DNA of 64,000 bases from an uncultured bacterium (GTDB taxonomy: Bacteria; Cyanobacteriota; Vampirovibrionia; Gastranaerophilales; Gastranaerophilaceae). The stretch is taken from positions 588 to 64,587 of the forward strand of contig CAISJE010000076.1 of the NCBI GenBank assembly GCA_903885635.1, written 5' to 3'. The translations under genes were made by a program, and so were the position numbers. Below are positions 52,190 through 61,878 of the stretch, piece after piece (within the stretch, counting starts at the first letter, position 1; each line of letters opens with the position of its first letter). The notes beneath the pieces are model-generated. The model was not told where the DNA came from. It searched no databases and saw nothing but the letters and a program-made list of their open reading frames with translations.

Positions 52190-55100
52190 ATGATAGAATT
52201 ATATGGGGAGTTATGGAGAAGAAGATTATTGGAAAGTAAAAATCTGTTAAAAAAACTTGGATTTTTGCCTAAAGAGAATACTGTTGGTGTTTATGAAAAA
52301 CAATATCAACAGCATAATAATTATGCGATTAAAATAGATTTTACAAAAGAAGTTATAAACTATGGGAAATTAATTATCAGCGAGAATAAAACAACACAAA
52401 ATTTTTCTCAAGCTGAGAATTGGGTTGTTTTGGAGTGCGTTGATAGATTATTAACTAAAGGGTACCAGCCTAAAAATATTATTCTTGAAAAAACTTGGGG
52501 TGCAGGACATGGAACATCAGGAAGGCTTGACATTTGCGTAACTAGAGAAGACGGCTCAGAGTATTTATTAATAGAATGTAAAACACACGGAAAAGAATTC
52601 GATAAAGAATTGAATAATATGAACAAAAATGGTGGTCAGCTTTTTACATACTTTAAATTCAGCAATAAGGCTGATGTGATTATGCTATATACTTCCTCTT
52701 TAAAGGGGCAAGATGTTGTTTATGAAAACCAGATTGTAAAAATTGAAGATGATTATCGTATTGGAGATGTCAAGGACTTTTTTGATAAATGGAACAAACT
52801 TACTAAGGATAATGGGATTTTTGAAGAGTGGGTAGAACCCTATTGTTTTGAGAGCAAAGCTCTTATCAAAAGTCAGTTAAAACCTATTACACAAGAAGAT
52901 TCAAGTTTTATTTTTAACCGCTTTTTAGAAATTTTACGTCATAACGTGGTTTCAGATAAAGGAAATGCTTTTAACAAGATTTTCACTTTGTTTTTATGCA
53001 AAGTATATGACGAAACATCAGCAAGAGATGATGAAGAATTGAAATTTCAATGGCTTGAAGGCATCGATGATGATGTTAAATTTCAGCTACGATTAACAGA
53101 CCTTTATAAAAAAGGAATGTTACAGTTTCTAAGTCGTGAAGTGAGCGACTTCGACGAAGACGATTTTAACAAACGTTATAAAAACTTGTCAGCTGACGAT
53201 AAAAAAACTCTTTTAGGAGAGATACATAAACTTCGACTTGAAAAAAACAACGAATTTGCAATAAAAGAAGTTTATGACCATCAATCATTTAAAGAAAATG
53301 CAAAGATTGTAAAAGAGGTTGTAGAGCTTCTGCAAGGGTTCAGAATACGCTATAATAAAAGACAGCAATATTTATCAGACTTTTTTGAATTACTTTTAAC
53401 TACAGGATTAAAACAGGAATCAGGACAATTCTTCACTCCTGTACCTATTGCACAGTTTATCATCAAAAGTCTACCATTAGAGCAGATAGTAAATGATAAA
53501 TTGAAACAAAAAGATGGTGAATTATTGCCGTTCATGATTGATTATGCAGCTGGTAGCGGACACTTTATAACAGAATACATGCATGAAGTGCAAAGTATAA
53601 TTAATAATAAAAAGCCAAAAGAATATATAGATGCAACTTCCAAAAAACTAAAAAATTGGCAAGAAGACCATTTTGATTGGGCTACCAAATACGTTTATGG
53701 AATAGAAAAAGATTATCGACTTGTTAAAGTCGGTAAGGTCGGCTGTTATTTACATGGTGATGGCTTAGCTAATGTTATTTTGAGTGATGGCTTGGGTAGT
53801 TTTGTTAGCACAAAAGATTACAAAGGTAGATTACTTAAAGGCAAGGAAGATGGCTCAAAAGACCACCAACAGTTTGACATATTATTAAGTAACCCTCCTT
53901 ATTCTGTAGAATCATTTAGACAAACAACAAGAGACTCCTATACGGAGAAAGATTTCGATTTATACCAAAAACTAACTGATAATAGTTCGGAGATTGAATG
54001 TTTGTTTATTGAAAGGACTAAGCAATTACTGAAAGATGGAGGAATTGCAGGAATAATTTTACCTAGTTCAATATTGAACAATGCAGGTATTTATTCTAAA
54101 GCAAGAGAAATGATATTGCAGTATTTTGATATTGTTGCAATGGCGGAATTAGGCTCTAATACTTTTATGGCAACTGGTACAAATACAGTTGTGCTATTTT
54201 TAAAACGTCGCAATAACTTTGACTGCATTAATGTTAAAAAATCGGTGGGAAAATTCTTTACAACACTAAAAGACATAATAATAAATTCTATTGAAAACCC
54301 AGTTGAAAAATATATTAGCTATGCTTGGGAAAACATTACACTTGAAGATTATGTTTCGTTGTTAAAAAATGAGCCAAATGAAACTATTCAAAAGCACGAT
54401 TTGTATAACGAATATAAAAAGAAAATAAAATCTAAAAAAGAAAAAGAATTTTTCAACACTCTGATTGAGATTGAAAAGGAAAAACTTTATTATTTCGTTT
54501 TGACGTACAACCAAAAAACAGTTTTGCTAAAAACTGGAGAAAAAGAAGCTGAAAAACAGTTTTTGGGTTATTATTTTTCAAATGCAAGAGGTCGCGAAGG
54601 GATTCACTCTATGCAAGGAAGTAAAACAATAGATGAATGTACCAGATTGTTTGATGCCGAAAAATTTGACAATCCTAAAAAAGCAAGCACGTATATTTAT
54701 CAAGCATTCAATAACGACTTTGAAACGCCTATTGATGAAACCTTATCTGAGAATGTTTCAAGAGTTCAATTAGTCGATTTACTAACTTTTGATAGAGTAG
54801 AATTTGAAAAGTCTATTAGCTTGAATGCTAAAAAAAAACTAAAAATTGAGAGTAAATGGGATATTGTAAAAATAGGACAACTTGTTGATATTGTTAGAGG
54901 AGCGTCTCCTAGACCAATCAAACACTTCGTAACAAATTCAGACGATGGGATAAATTGGATAAAAATTGGTGATGTTGACCCTAAGTCTAAATATGTAGTA
55001 GAAACAAAAGAAAAAATAACTATAACAGGAGCTAAAAAATCTAGATTTGTCAATGTGGGTGATTTCATAATATCAAATTCAATGAGTTTTGGTAGACCCT

Positions 55101-55957
55101 ATATAATCAAAACACAGGGTTGTATACATGATGGCTGGCTTTTAATGACAAATTTTAATGATGCCCTAGTAAAAGATTATTTTTACCATGTTGTCTCCAG
55201 TAGTATAGTTCAAAATCAATTTATTGATGCTGCAAGCGGTGGAACTTCTGTCGACAATCTCAATATCGAAAAAGTATCACATACTAAAATTCCACTTCCG
55301 CCTCGAGAAATTCAAGAAAAAATAGTAAAAGAAATCGAAAAAATTGAAACACTGGAAAATACGACCAGAGAAGAACTCAAAAGATATACTACCAAAATCT
55401 TTAACTTGTTGCAAGGTTATAAAAAAAGTAGTATTTCTGAATTATGCACAATTTCTAGTGAGAAATGTGACCCTCAAAAAGACCCCCATAGGGAATTTGT
55501 GTATATTGGACTTGAACATATTGAAAGTAATACAGGAATATTTCACAAAAATATTGAAGTGGGTAACAACATTTTATCAACCAAAAATGTCTTTCATAAA
55601 GGAGATATTTTATACGGAAAATTACGCCCATACTTAAATAAAGTAGCAATAACAGATTGTGATGGTATTTGCTCAACTGATATTCTTGTATTAAAGTCAA
55701 AAGCCCCTAAAATATTAAAATATTCATTGCTTTCAGAGGATTTTGTAAAGCAAACCTCGGCTCTTATGAAAGGAGTTAATTTGCCTAGAATAGGCATTAA
55801 TGATTTTATGAAACAAACTACTAATATTCCCCCACAAGCTGAATATAATACACTGAATGCAGAAATTGAAAAAATAGAAGTGCAAATTAACGAAGCTCAA
55901 AAAATCATTGATGGTGCTGATGAAATAAAAAAAGAAATATTCAAAAAATATTTATAA
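52190..55957 (+). CDS. single-polypeptide restriction-modification-specificity enzyme (Type IIB AloI/CjeI-like, or Type IIG)
   Basis: N-terminal PD-(D/E)xK (RLDICV...YLLIECK). MTase motif I IDYAAGSGHF and motif IV LLSNPPYS. Two HsdS-like TRDs (...VRGASPRP...WIKIGDV... and ...YGKLRPYLNKVA...). Confidence 0.8.
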   Translation: MIELYGELWRRRLLESKNLLKKLGFLPKENTVGVYEKQYQQHNNYAIKIDFTKEVINYGKLIISENKTTQNFSQAENWVVLECVDRLLTKGYQPKNIILEKTWGAGHGTSGRLDICVTREDGSEYLLIECKTHGKEFDKELNNMNKNGGQLFTYFKFSNKADVIMLYTSSLKGQDVVYENQIVKIEDDYRIGDVKDFFDKWNKLTKDNGIFEEWVEPYCFESKALIKSQLKPITQEDSSFIFNRFLEILRHNVVSDKGNAFNKIFTLFLCKVYDETSARDDEELKFQWLEGIDDDVKFQLRLTDLYKKGMLQFLSREVSDFDEDDFNKRYKNLSADDKKTLLGEIHKLRLEKNNEFAIKEVYDHQSFKENAKIVKEVVELLQGFRIRYNKRQQYLSDFFELLLTTGLKQESGQFFTPVPIAQFIIKSLPLEQIVNDKLKQKDGELLPFMIDYAAGSGHFITEYMHEVQSIINNKKPKEYIDATSKKLKNWQEDHFDWATKYVYGIEKDYRLVKVGKVGCYLHGDGLANVILSDGLGSFVSTKDYKGRLLKGKEDGSKDHQQFDILLSNPPYSVESFRQTTRDSYTEKDFDLYQKLTDNSSEIECLFIERTKQLLKDGGIAGIILPSSILNNAGIYSKAREMILQYFDIVAMAELGSNTFMATGTNTVVLFLKRRNNFDCINVKKSVGKFFTTLKDIIINSIENPVEKYISYAWENITLEDYVSLLKNEPNETIQKHDLYNEYKKKIKSKKEKEFFNTLIEIEKEKLYYFVLTYNQKTVLLKTGEKEAEKQFLGYYFSNARGREGIHSMQGSKTIDECTRLFDAEKFDNPKKASTYIYQAFNNDFETPIDETLSENVSRVQLVDLLTFDRVEFEKSISLNAKKKLKIESKWDIVKIGQLVDIVRGASPRPIKHFVTNSDDGINWIKIGDVDPKSKYVVETKEKITITGAKKSRFVNVGDFIISNSMSFGRPYIIKTQGCIHDGWLLMTNFNDALVKDYFYHVVSSSIVQNQFIDAASGGTSVDNLNIEKVSHTKIPLPPREIQEKIVKEIEKIETLENTTREELKRYTTKIFNLLQGYKKSSISELCTISSEKCDPQKDPHREFVYIGLEHIESNTGIFHKNIEVGNNILSTKNVFHKGDILYGKLRPYLNKVAITDCDGICSTDILVLKSKAPKILKYSLLSEDFVKQTSALMKGVNLPRIGINDFMKQTTNIPPQAEYNTLNAEIEKIEVQINEAQKIIDGADEIKKEIFKKYL

Positions 55958-56002
55958 GCCTATGTGCATATAGAATTTCTTAGTTTAAAAATTCGAAATA
56001 GC

Positions 56003-56587
56003 TTAATCAGACCTAGTCTGTAAAAAATTATTATTTGCATCATAGCAATTTTTGCCTATACAATGGGTTCTTAATTCGCCTGTGGGTTCAAAAAGGTAAT
56101 CGTCCATATATTTTGGACTTAAGCCTACTCCGATAATTTTCCCTGTAGGATACGCATGTCTGTAACGCTTTGATGGATATAATATTTGATTATAAGGGTA
56201 GTCTTTTATGTCATTTTTGGTATAAATATTCTGTGCATATACAACATACTCTATTGCCAAAAGCTTTCCCCCAGAGTTGTAATAATATGATTCTGAAATA
56301 TTATCATCATATCTTACGGCATAAACTCCCTTAGAAAATAAAACAATTTTTCTTCCTTTATTATTGAAGTGTTTTTTACTTATAAGATTTTTGTTTTCTA
56401 TTAAATTTGGGTCTATAGCTGGGTAAGAGCTTAAATCCATAATCTTTTTTAAATCTTTAAAAGCTTCTTCTCTCGCTGAATCAACAGTCCAAATTTTTTC
56501 TACTCCACCTTTAAGTGTCATCGACAAGCATACCGATGGTATTAAAACTAAAGTTAGTATTAATATTTTAATAAATAAATTTTTCAT
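56003..56587 (-). CDS. secreted or lipoprotein-like hypothetical protein
   Basis: Signal MKNLFIKILILTLVLIPSVCLS from ATG 56587. Confidence 0.5.
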   Translation of the reverse strand: MKNLFIKILILTLVLIPSVCLSMTLKGGVEKIWTVDSAREEAFKDLKKIMDLSSYPAIDPNLIENKNLISKKHFNNKGRKIVLFSKGVYAVRYDDNISESYYYNSGGKLLAIEYVVYAQNIYTKNDIKDYPYNQILYPSKRYRHAYPTGKIIGVGLSPKYMDDYLFEPTGELRTHCIGKNCYDANNNFLQTRSD

Positions 56588-56591
56588 GAAA

Positions 56592-57635
56592 TCAATATCC
56601 AAATAAGTAATTAACCCCTTTTTGTAAAATATTACTTTTTATTGTGCTTGCACTTGGAATAACAGGAGTGTAATCAAATCCGTTATAAAATCTTTCTACT
56701 TCATTTCTACCCTGTGGGCTTGGCATATTAGTAAATTGATATTGGTTAGAGGTTTTATTTATATTTTGCGTTCCTAAATGAGCTTGTCTTTGCCTGTATA
56801 TTTGTAGTTTTTGTTTTAACTTATCATCCAAAACAGAGTCTCCATATTCGTTCAAAATCCTACGCAGTTGTGCTTCTTGATTTTGGTCAAGACTGCCATA
56901 GCATTCTCCACCTGTTTCTTGGGATAATCCATCGGTCAAAGAATTACTGATTCTTTTTAAAATTTGATAATCCTTATTTGTTGCATCTATATCCATTTGT
57001 ATTAAAGGTCGCCCTTGGCTTTTCGCTTCTTTAATTTTTTGCTGTATAAAAGGACTGTCAATATTGTAGTTACGTTTCAGCGACTCTTCGCTTATAACTA
57101 CATAAGATTGTCTTTGCATATCAGTTAACATATAAGGAGCTACCCCCTGCGGAAACCAGTATTGAGTTTTTTCAGGGTCTGCCGTTTTGTTGCTAAAGCT
57201 ATTTATTGTTTCTTGTGAAAAATATTTTTTTAGTACCAAAATATCTTGGCTTCCAGTGCATGTATCTGATAGTTTAACATATGCCAATGTTATAGGTAGA
57301 GAGTATTCATAAGTCGGATTAGAGTTCATTCCAATCGGGTCGGTACTCATATCATGCACATATTTGTTCATCGACTTCTTAAAATCATATCCTGCCATTG
57401 CCCATAATTTTGCATAATACTTTATGTATAAATCTAAATTTTCATTGGAGGATGAATTTTGTCTAATAGTCGGCAATGAATTTTTGTTAGCCATAATTAT
57501 ATTTGTTAGTTTATCAGAAGCTTGCTTTGTATATGGCATTGCTGGTCTTGAATCTTGACTATTTGAAGCGTGAGCTATGTTATAACTTCCCATTAAAATC
57601 AAGCTAATAATTATGTATAAAATCTTTTTATTCAT
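56592..57635 (-). CDS. secreted hypothetical protein
   Basis: Signal MNKKILYIIISLILMGSYNIAHA. Confidence 0.5.
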   Translation of the reverse strand: MNKKILYIIISLILMGSYNIAHASNSQDSRPAMPYTKQASDKLTNIIMANKNSLPTIRQNSSSNENLDLYIKYYAKLWAMAGYDFKKSMNKYVHDMSTDPIGMNSNPTYEYSLPITLAYVKLSDTCTGSQDILVLKKYFSQETINSFSNKTADPEKTQYWFPQGVAPYMLTDMQRQSYVVISEESLKRNYNIDSPFIQQKIKEAKSQGRPLIQMDIDATNKDYQILKRISNSLTDGLSQETGGECYGSLDQNQEAQLRRILNEYGDSVLDDKLKQKLQIYRQRQAHLGTQNINKTSNQYQFTNMPSPQGRNEVERFYNGFDYTPVIPSASTIKSNILQKGVNYLFGY

Positions 57636-57653
57636 TTTATCTCCTTTTAGGTG

Positions 57654-58517
57654 TTATGGCGAAAATTCGTCAAAAATATCCTTATTATATTTTTTAACGT
57701 TATAAGAATTTTTGCTATCAGTTTTTCCCAAAGCCTTGCTATACTTATAATTATTTTCTTTCAATAAATGGTTCCAAAGTTTTACTATCGGGTAAAATTT
57801 TGAATCTTTATTTTGCTCCAAAAAATTACTGAAACTTTTTATACTCTCCGAAGAAATTTTGTTATTATCTACTGAAAAATCATATGGAGCCATTAAATAA
57901 TTTGCAATATAACAATTAAGCTTTGCTTTTATTTCATTATTCTCGGGAAAATCAGGGAAAGTATTTAAAAACTTTTCCCACGCAATTATGCGTCTTCTTA
58001 ATTCTTCTTTCGTTATAACCAATGCCCCATCGTCAAATAATTCATTATTCTCGCTTTTTCGGATAACATAAAAATCTTTCCAATCTTTTCCTAAATATGG
58101 AACAAATTTTTGCATACTAAAATCATTATTTTCTACAAGATAAATCATTCCTTCAGAAGTTTTTGCTTTTATTCCGATTTTTGATAATTCATCATTTACT
58201 TTATTTAAATCCTGTTCATAGGCTTCTTCAGTTACTGTAAGCTTTTCTTCCATTTTCTTTAATGTGCTGAAAAATTCACATCTGTAGTTATAGAATGCTT
58301 TTCCTTTGAGGGTATTATCCGAAGAGCCTTTCATGTAATCTAAAAGCATTTTTTGAATTTTAGTCAGGTTGATTTCTTCAGGTGTATTTTGGTTTATCAA
58401 TGAAGTGAATTTTGTATTATAATCCTCATATTTTTTGTGTTCAAAAAGCATATTTATAAAAATAAATGAGATAACAACTATCATTAGCAAACAAATTATT
58501 GTTAATAGCTTTTTCAT
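57654..58517 (-). CDS. N-terminally anchored membrane protein, hypothetical
   Basis: ATG at 58517 after AAAGGA. TM LLTIICLLMIVVISFIFINMLF. Confidence 0.5.
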   Translation of the reverse strand: MKKLLTIICLLMIVVISFIFINMLFEHKKYEDYNTKFTSLINQNTPEEINLTKIQKMLLDYMKGSSDNTLKGKAFYNYRCEFFSTLKKMEEKLTVTEEAYEQDLNKVNDELSKIGIKAKTSEGMIYLVENNDFSMQKFVPYLGKDWKDFYVIRKSENNELFDDGALVITKEELRRRIIAWEKFLNTFPDFPENNEIKAKLNCYIANYLMAPYDFSVDNNKISSESIKSFSNFLEQNKDSKFYPIVKLWNHLLKENNYKYSKALGKTDSKNSYNVKKYNKDIFDEFSP

Positions 58518-58589
58518 AAAGGATCCTTTTATTTTAACTATCCTCAATTAGGGATACAACATTGTGAATATAGCATTAAAATTATATAG

Positions 58590-58856
58590 ATGCAAGATAA
58601 TAAGAAACAAATATTAAAGAATATCATAGGCGAATTACTTAAAGAAGAACGTAAAAAGAAAAATAAAAGTCTTCTTATGTTCAGTTATGAAAATTCTATT
58701 TCAAGTTCTGCACTTAATTATATTGAACGTGGTCTAAGAGATGCACAAGTTACAACCTTATGGAAAATACTTGAAGCACATAATATCAAAATGTCTGAAT
58801 TTTTTACGCAAATAGAAAATACTTTACCCGATGATTTTAAATTTTTGGAAGACTAG
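58590..58856 (+). CDS. XRE-family HTH regulator
   Basis: ...LMFSYENSISSSALNYIERGLRDAQVTTLWKILEA... Confidence 0.55.
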   Translation: MQDNKKQILKNIIGELLKEERKKKNKSLLMFSYENSISSSALNYIERGLRDAQVTTLWKILEAHNIKMSEFFTQIENTLPDDFKFLED

Positions 58857-59113
58857 TTTTTATCTTTTTTAATATTATTTGCTTTGATGCTTTGATTTGT
58901 TTATGGAACATACAGAGATAATCTTTGCAATTACCCCACTTGAAATGTTAAGAAATGTAACAATTGAAAATGGGGCACAGTTATCTATTGTCATTTTGGT
59001 CACTTTTGGGCTTGCCCGAAACCCTTGCCAATATTGACTTTTTGCTTGCAGGTTTTTCATGTTTGCCTATCATAAAAAGTGTAGGCAAAAATTTAACAGA
59101 AAGGAAACTAAAA

Positions 59114-59335
59114 ATGGAAAAACCGCAAATGCACACAATCAATGAAACTGCCCAAATTTTAGGACTGGCAAAATATTATATCAGACAGTTAGTCCTGCAA
59201 AACAAAATTAGTTATGTTAGGTCAGGAAAAAAATATTTGATAAACCTAGATAAGGCTATTGATTACTTGAACACGGGTGATAATAAAAATACTTCATTTA
59301 CCTCTACCAACAAAATAAAAAGAGTGGGGGTGTAG
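59114..59335 (+). CDS. excisionase / MerR-like small HTH DNA-binding protein
   Basis: MEKPQMHTINETAQILGLAKYYIRQLVLQNKISYVRSGKKYLINLDKAIDYL. ATG at 59114 after AGAAAGGAAA. Confidence 0.6.
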   Translation: MEKPQMHTINETAQILGLAKYYIRQLVLQNKISYVRSGKKYLINLDKAIDYLNTGDNKNTSFTSTNKIKRVGV

Positions 59336-59336
59336 C

Positions 59337-60797
59337 GTGTATAAAGAAAATTTAAACCAAATGCCCGAATTAGTAAGAAATTTAATTTTGACACTAAAAG
59401 AACAATTTCCACAATGCTCAACAAATTCAGTAACGAATATCGCTTTAGCAAAAATAGCAGAGGTTCTAAATTGGAAAAGAGTTCGATTTAATGAATTTGG
59501 AAATACAGGCTTCTCAAATATTTTTGTAATGATTTTTTTACCTTCAGGCTATGGAAAAGACCGCATGGTTGATGACATGGATAAACATTTGTTGCCTGAT
59601 TTTTTCCACTGGTTTAATGAAGAAGCAATAAAATACAAGCAAGAAATAAAGAAAAAAATAATACAAGAAGCAGAAGAAAAATTCCCTGAAAATGATAAGG
59701 TAAAACAATCCTATATTAAGGAACAACTGAATAAAATAAGAGATTTAATACCTGAGCTTCATGACGGAACGCAAGAAGGGCTGTTTCAAGATGCTAAAGC
59801 ACTTAAAAATGCTGGATACGGCGGGATTCTAATAAAAATGTCGGAGCTCGGTTTATACCTTAGTAGTTTGACCCCAGAACGAAAAAAACTTTTAACACAA
59901 TTAAATGATGCTTATAGCTGTAAGATTGCTTCTAAATCCATCAAGGGTGAAAATCGAGAAAATAATATAGATAATCTCCCTATTTGTGCCCTTTTATACT
60001 CAGATCCTACATTATTTAAAGATAATATAAAAATACTATTCAATGCTCTTATGGAGACAGGCTTAGGAAGACGTTGCTTTATTACTTTTATGCACAAACA
60101 AGAAACATATAAAATTGAAACAGACTTTAAGAAAGCTTATGCTCAGAGAAAACAATACTTTCTAAGATTGCAGAAGCTTGGTCAAAAATTCTTCTTACTA
60201 TTTTCAGCAATAAACAAAAATGCCGTATATGAACAAACAGAAGAAACTTTTGAGGTATTATACGACTATACAATAACCTTGAAAAAATCTGCAGAGTTAG
60301 AAGAAAACTCGCTTTTATGCAAAGAAATTATTTCAAGAGAATTGAAAGCATTAAAGCTATCAACTCTCTTTGCTTGCCTCAATCACCCGACGGAAGAATT
60401 TATTTATCCTGAAGATATGAAACAAGCTATTTCAACTATTGAAGCCTTGAGTACTGATTTAAAATTTTTTCTAAATTACAAGCCAAAATTCACCGACAAA
60501 TACGATAGTATTTATAGCTTTTTCTTAGAACATCAAGGTCAGGAATTTACGAAAACGGAGCTGATAAATAACTATCGACATGTATTTTGTCTATCAAGGG
60601 ATAAGCTTAGAGCTGAATTCGAAAAACTTATGGAAGTTGTTCAAGAAATTGCCATGCAACATAATTACTTCATCGACAAGAAACTTATTAACAACGGGTC
60701 TGGACATACCTATGCCTTAAAACCCATTCCCGTAGGTGAATTAAGCGAACATGTCATACCATTAGATAGTTTACTAAGTATAACGGAAAACCAGTAA
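59337..60797 (+). CDS. putative replication/helicase-like protein (DUF3987/YfjI-like P-loop)
   Basis: 486 aa, GTG start. P-loop-like FLPSGYGKDRM. Positioned next to a Toprim protein and an integrase. Confidence 0.35.
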   Translation: MYKENLNQMPELVRNLILTLKEQFPQCSTNSVTNIALAKIAEVLNWKRVRFNEFGNTGFSNIFVMIFLPSGYGKDRMVDDMDKHLLPDFFHWFNEEAIKYKQEIKKKIIQEAEEKFPENDKVKQSYIKEQLNKIRDLIPELHDGTQEGLFQDAKALKNAGYGGILIKMSELGLYLSSLTPERKKLLTQLNDAYSCKIASKSIKGENRENNIDNLPICALLYSDPTLFKDNIKILFNALMETGLGRRCFITFMHKQETYKIETDFKKAYAQRKQYFLRLQKLGQKFFLLFSAINKNAVYEQTEETFEVLYDYTITLKKSAELEENSLLCKEIISRELKALKLSTLFACLNHPTEEFIYPEDMKQAISTIEALSTDLKFFLNYKPKFTDKYDSIYSFFLEHQGQEFTKTELINNYRHVFCLSRDKLRAEFEKLMEVVQEIAMQHNYFIDKKLINNGSGHTYALKPIPVGELSEHVIPLDSLLSITENQ

Positions 60798-60893
60798 TCC
60801 CCGTAAATGCTTTGATTTAAAAGGGATTACTGGATGTACTGGGGCGGGAAATGCCGAAATGCTCGCAACTACACGCATTTACTACATTTACGG
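60791..60893 (+). promoter_or_regulatory. hairpin plus iteron cluster; candidate replication or transfer origin
   Basis: An 11-bp perfect inverted repeat CCAGTAATCCC / GGGATTACTGG (60791-60801 and 60823-60833) encloses CGTAAATGCTTTGATTTAAAA. AAATGC occurs three times downstream, with inverted GCATTTAC and CATTTACGG. Confidence 0.45.
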
Positions 60894-60928
60894 CAATTAC
60901 AATATAAAAAATAAGAAAGGATATAAAA

Positions 60929-61810
60929 ATGGAACTATCAGAAAAAAAAATAATTAAGCGTCTAGGCGAACCAGAAAGACGGGTTGGCAAAGAATTGCAA
61001 TGGAAGTGTCCGTACTGCAAGGACTCCCACAAAGATAATTTGAAATTTAATTTAGATAAAAAGATACTGTGGTGCTTTGCAGATAGAACCCACGCCCCAA
61101 TGATTTTAAAAGAAATATTTAAGGGTGAGGGTTTAAACACTCAAACAAAAAGCCAAGAGGAGTATTATGATATCTCTGAAGACAGGTTAAAAAGATTCGC
61201 AGATTATGCTCAAAGATGTAACGAAGAATTATTGGATAATACAGAGGTCATAGAAGGTTTTAAAAATATGAGAGGATTATTAAAAGAAACCATTAAAACG
61301 GTAAAATTTGGACACGATAGCGAGCGGAAGCGATGGGTAATTCCCAACTTTCAATATTCGACAAAGGATGAACAAAAAATCTTCAGTTTTGAATACAGAT
61401 TGGGTAAGTTTAGCGATAAAAAAATAAATAGAGCACAAAACACTCCAACAGGACTTGCTATGATTAACTCTTATACATCAGAAACAGAGGCACTAATTAT
61501 GGTAGAGGGACTTTTGGACGGGTATGTACTTTGGCAATATTTAAACGAAAAACAACAATCAGCATACTATCATATAGTTACACCATCAAACGGTGTTGCT
61601 ACAGCGTTACAACAAGTATCAGAGATTGAATTTGATAAATACAAAAAGTTTTACCTGTATCTTGACAATGATGATGCAGGGAATAAAGCAATTGCTACAA
61701 TATTACAGCAGTACCCTATGTTCGAAGTTATGAAAACGAATTGCCAATGTAAAGATTTTAATGAGCATTACCTCAAATGTATAAAAAAGATCGTTGAATC
61801 TGTTACCTAA
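60929..61810 (+). CDS. zinc-finger + Toprim domain primase-like protein
   Basis: WKCPYCKDSHKD...LWCFADRTH (Cys/His cluster). Toprim-like ...IMVEGLLDG... and ...YLDNDDAGN. Confidence 0.65.
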   Translation: MELSEKKIIKRLGEPERRVGKELQWKCPYCKDSHKDNLKFNLDKKILWCFADRTHAPMILKEIFKGEGLNTQTKSQEEYYDISEDRLKRFADYAQRCNEELLDNTEVIEGFKNMRGLLKETIKTVKFGHDSERKRWVIPNFQYSTKDEQKIFSFEYRLGKFSDKKINRAQNTPTGLAMINSYTSETEALIMVEGLLDGYVLWQYLNEKQQSAYYHIVTPSNGVATALQQVSEIEFDKYKKFYLYLDNDDAGNKAIATILQQYPMFEVMKTNCQCKDFNEHYLKCIKKIVESVT

Positions 61811-61878
61811 TATAAAAAGGGTAAAAAGGACGGGCTTTTTTACAAAAAACAAGTGATAATAAATAAAAAGGAAACAAA

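Noticed and set aside
60861-60869. A fifth occurrence of the 9-mer TGCTCGCAA (the core of elements A and B) inside the island's iteron region, read as a link between the prophage elements and the island.
   Set aside because: It is a single 9-mer without the flanking blocks or the hairpin, so it is compatible with chance.
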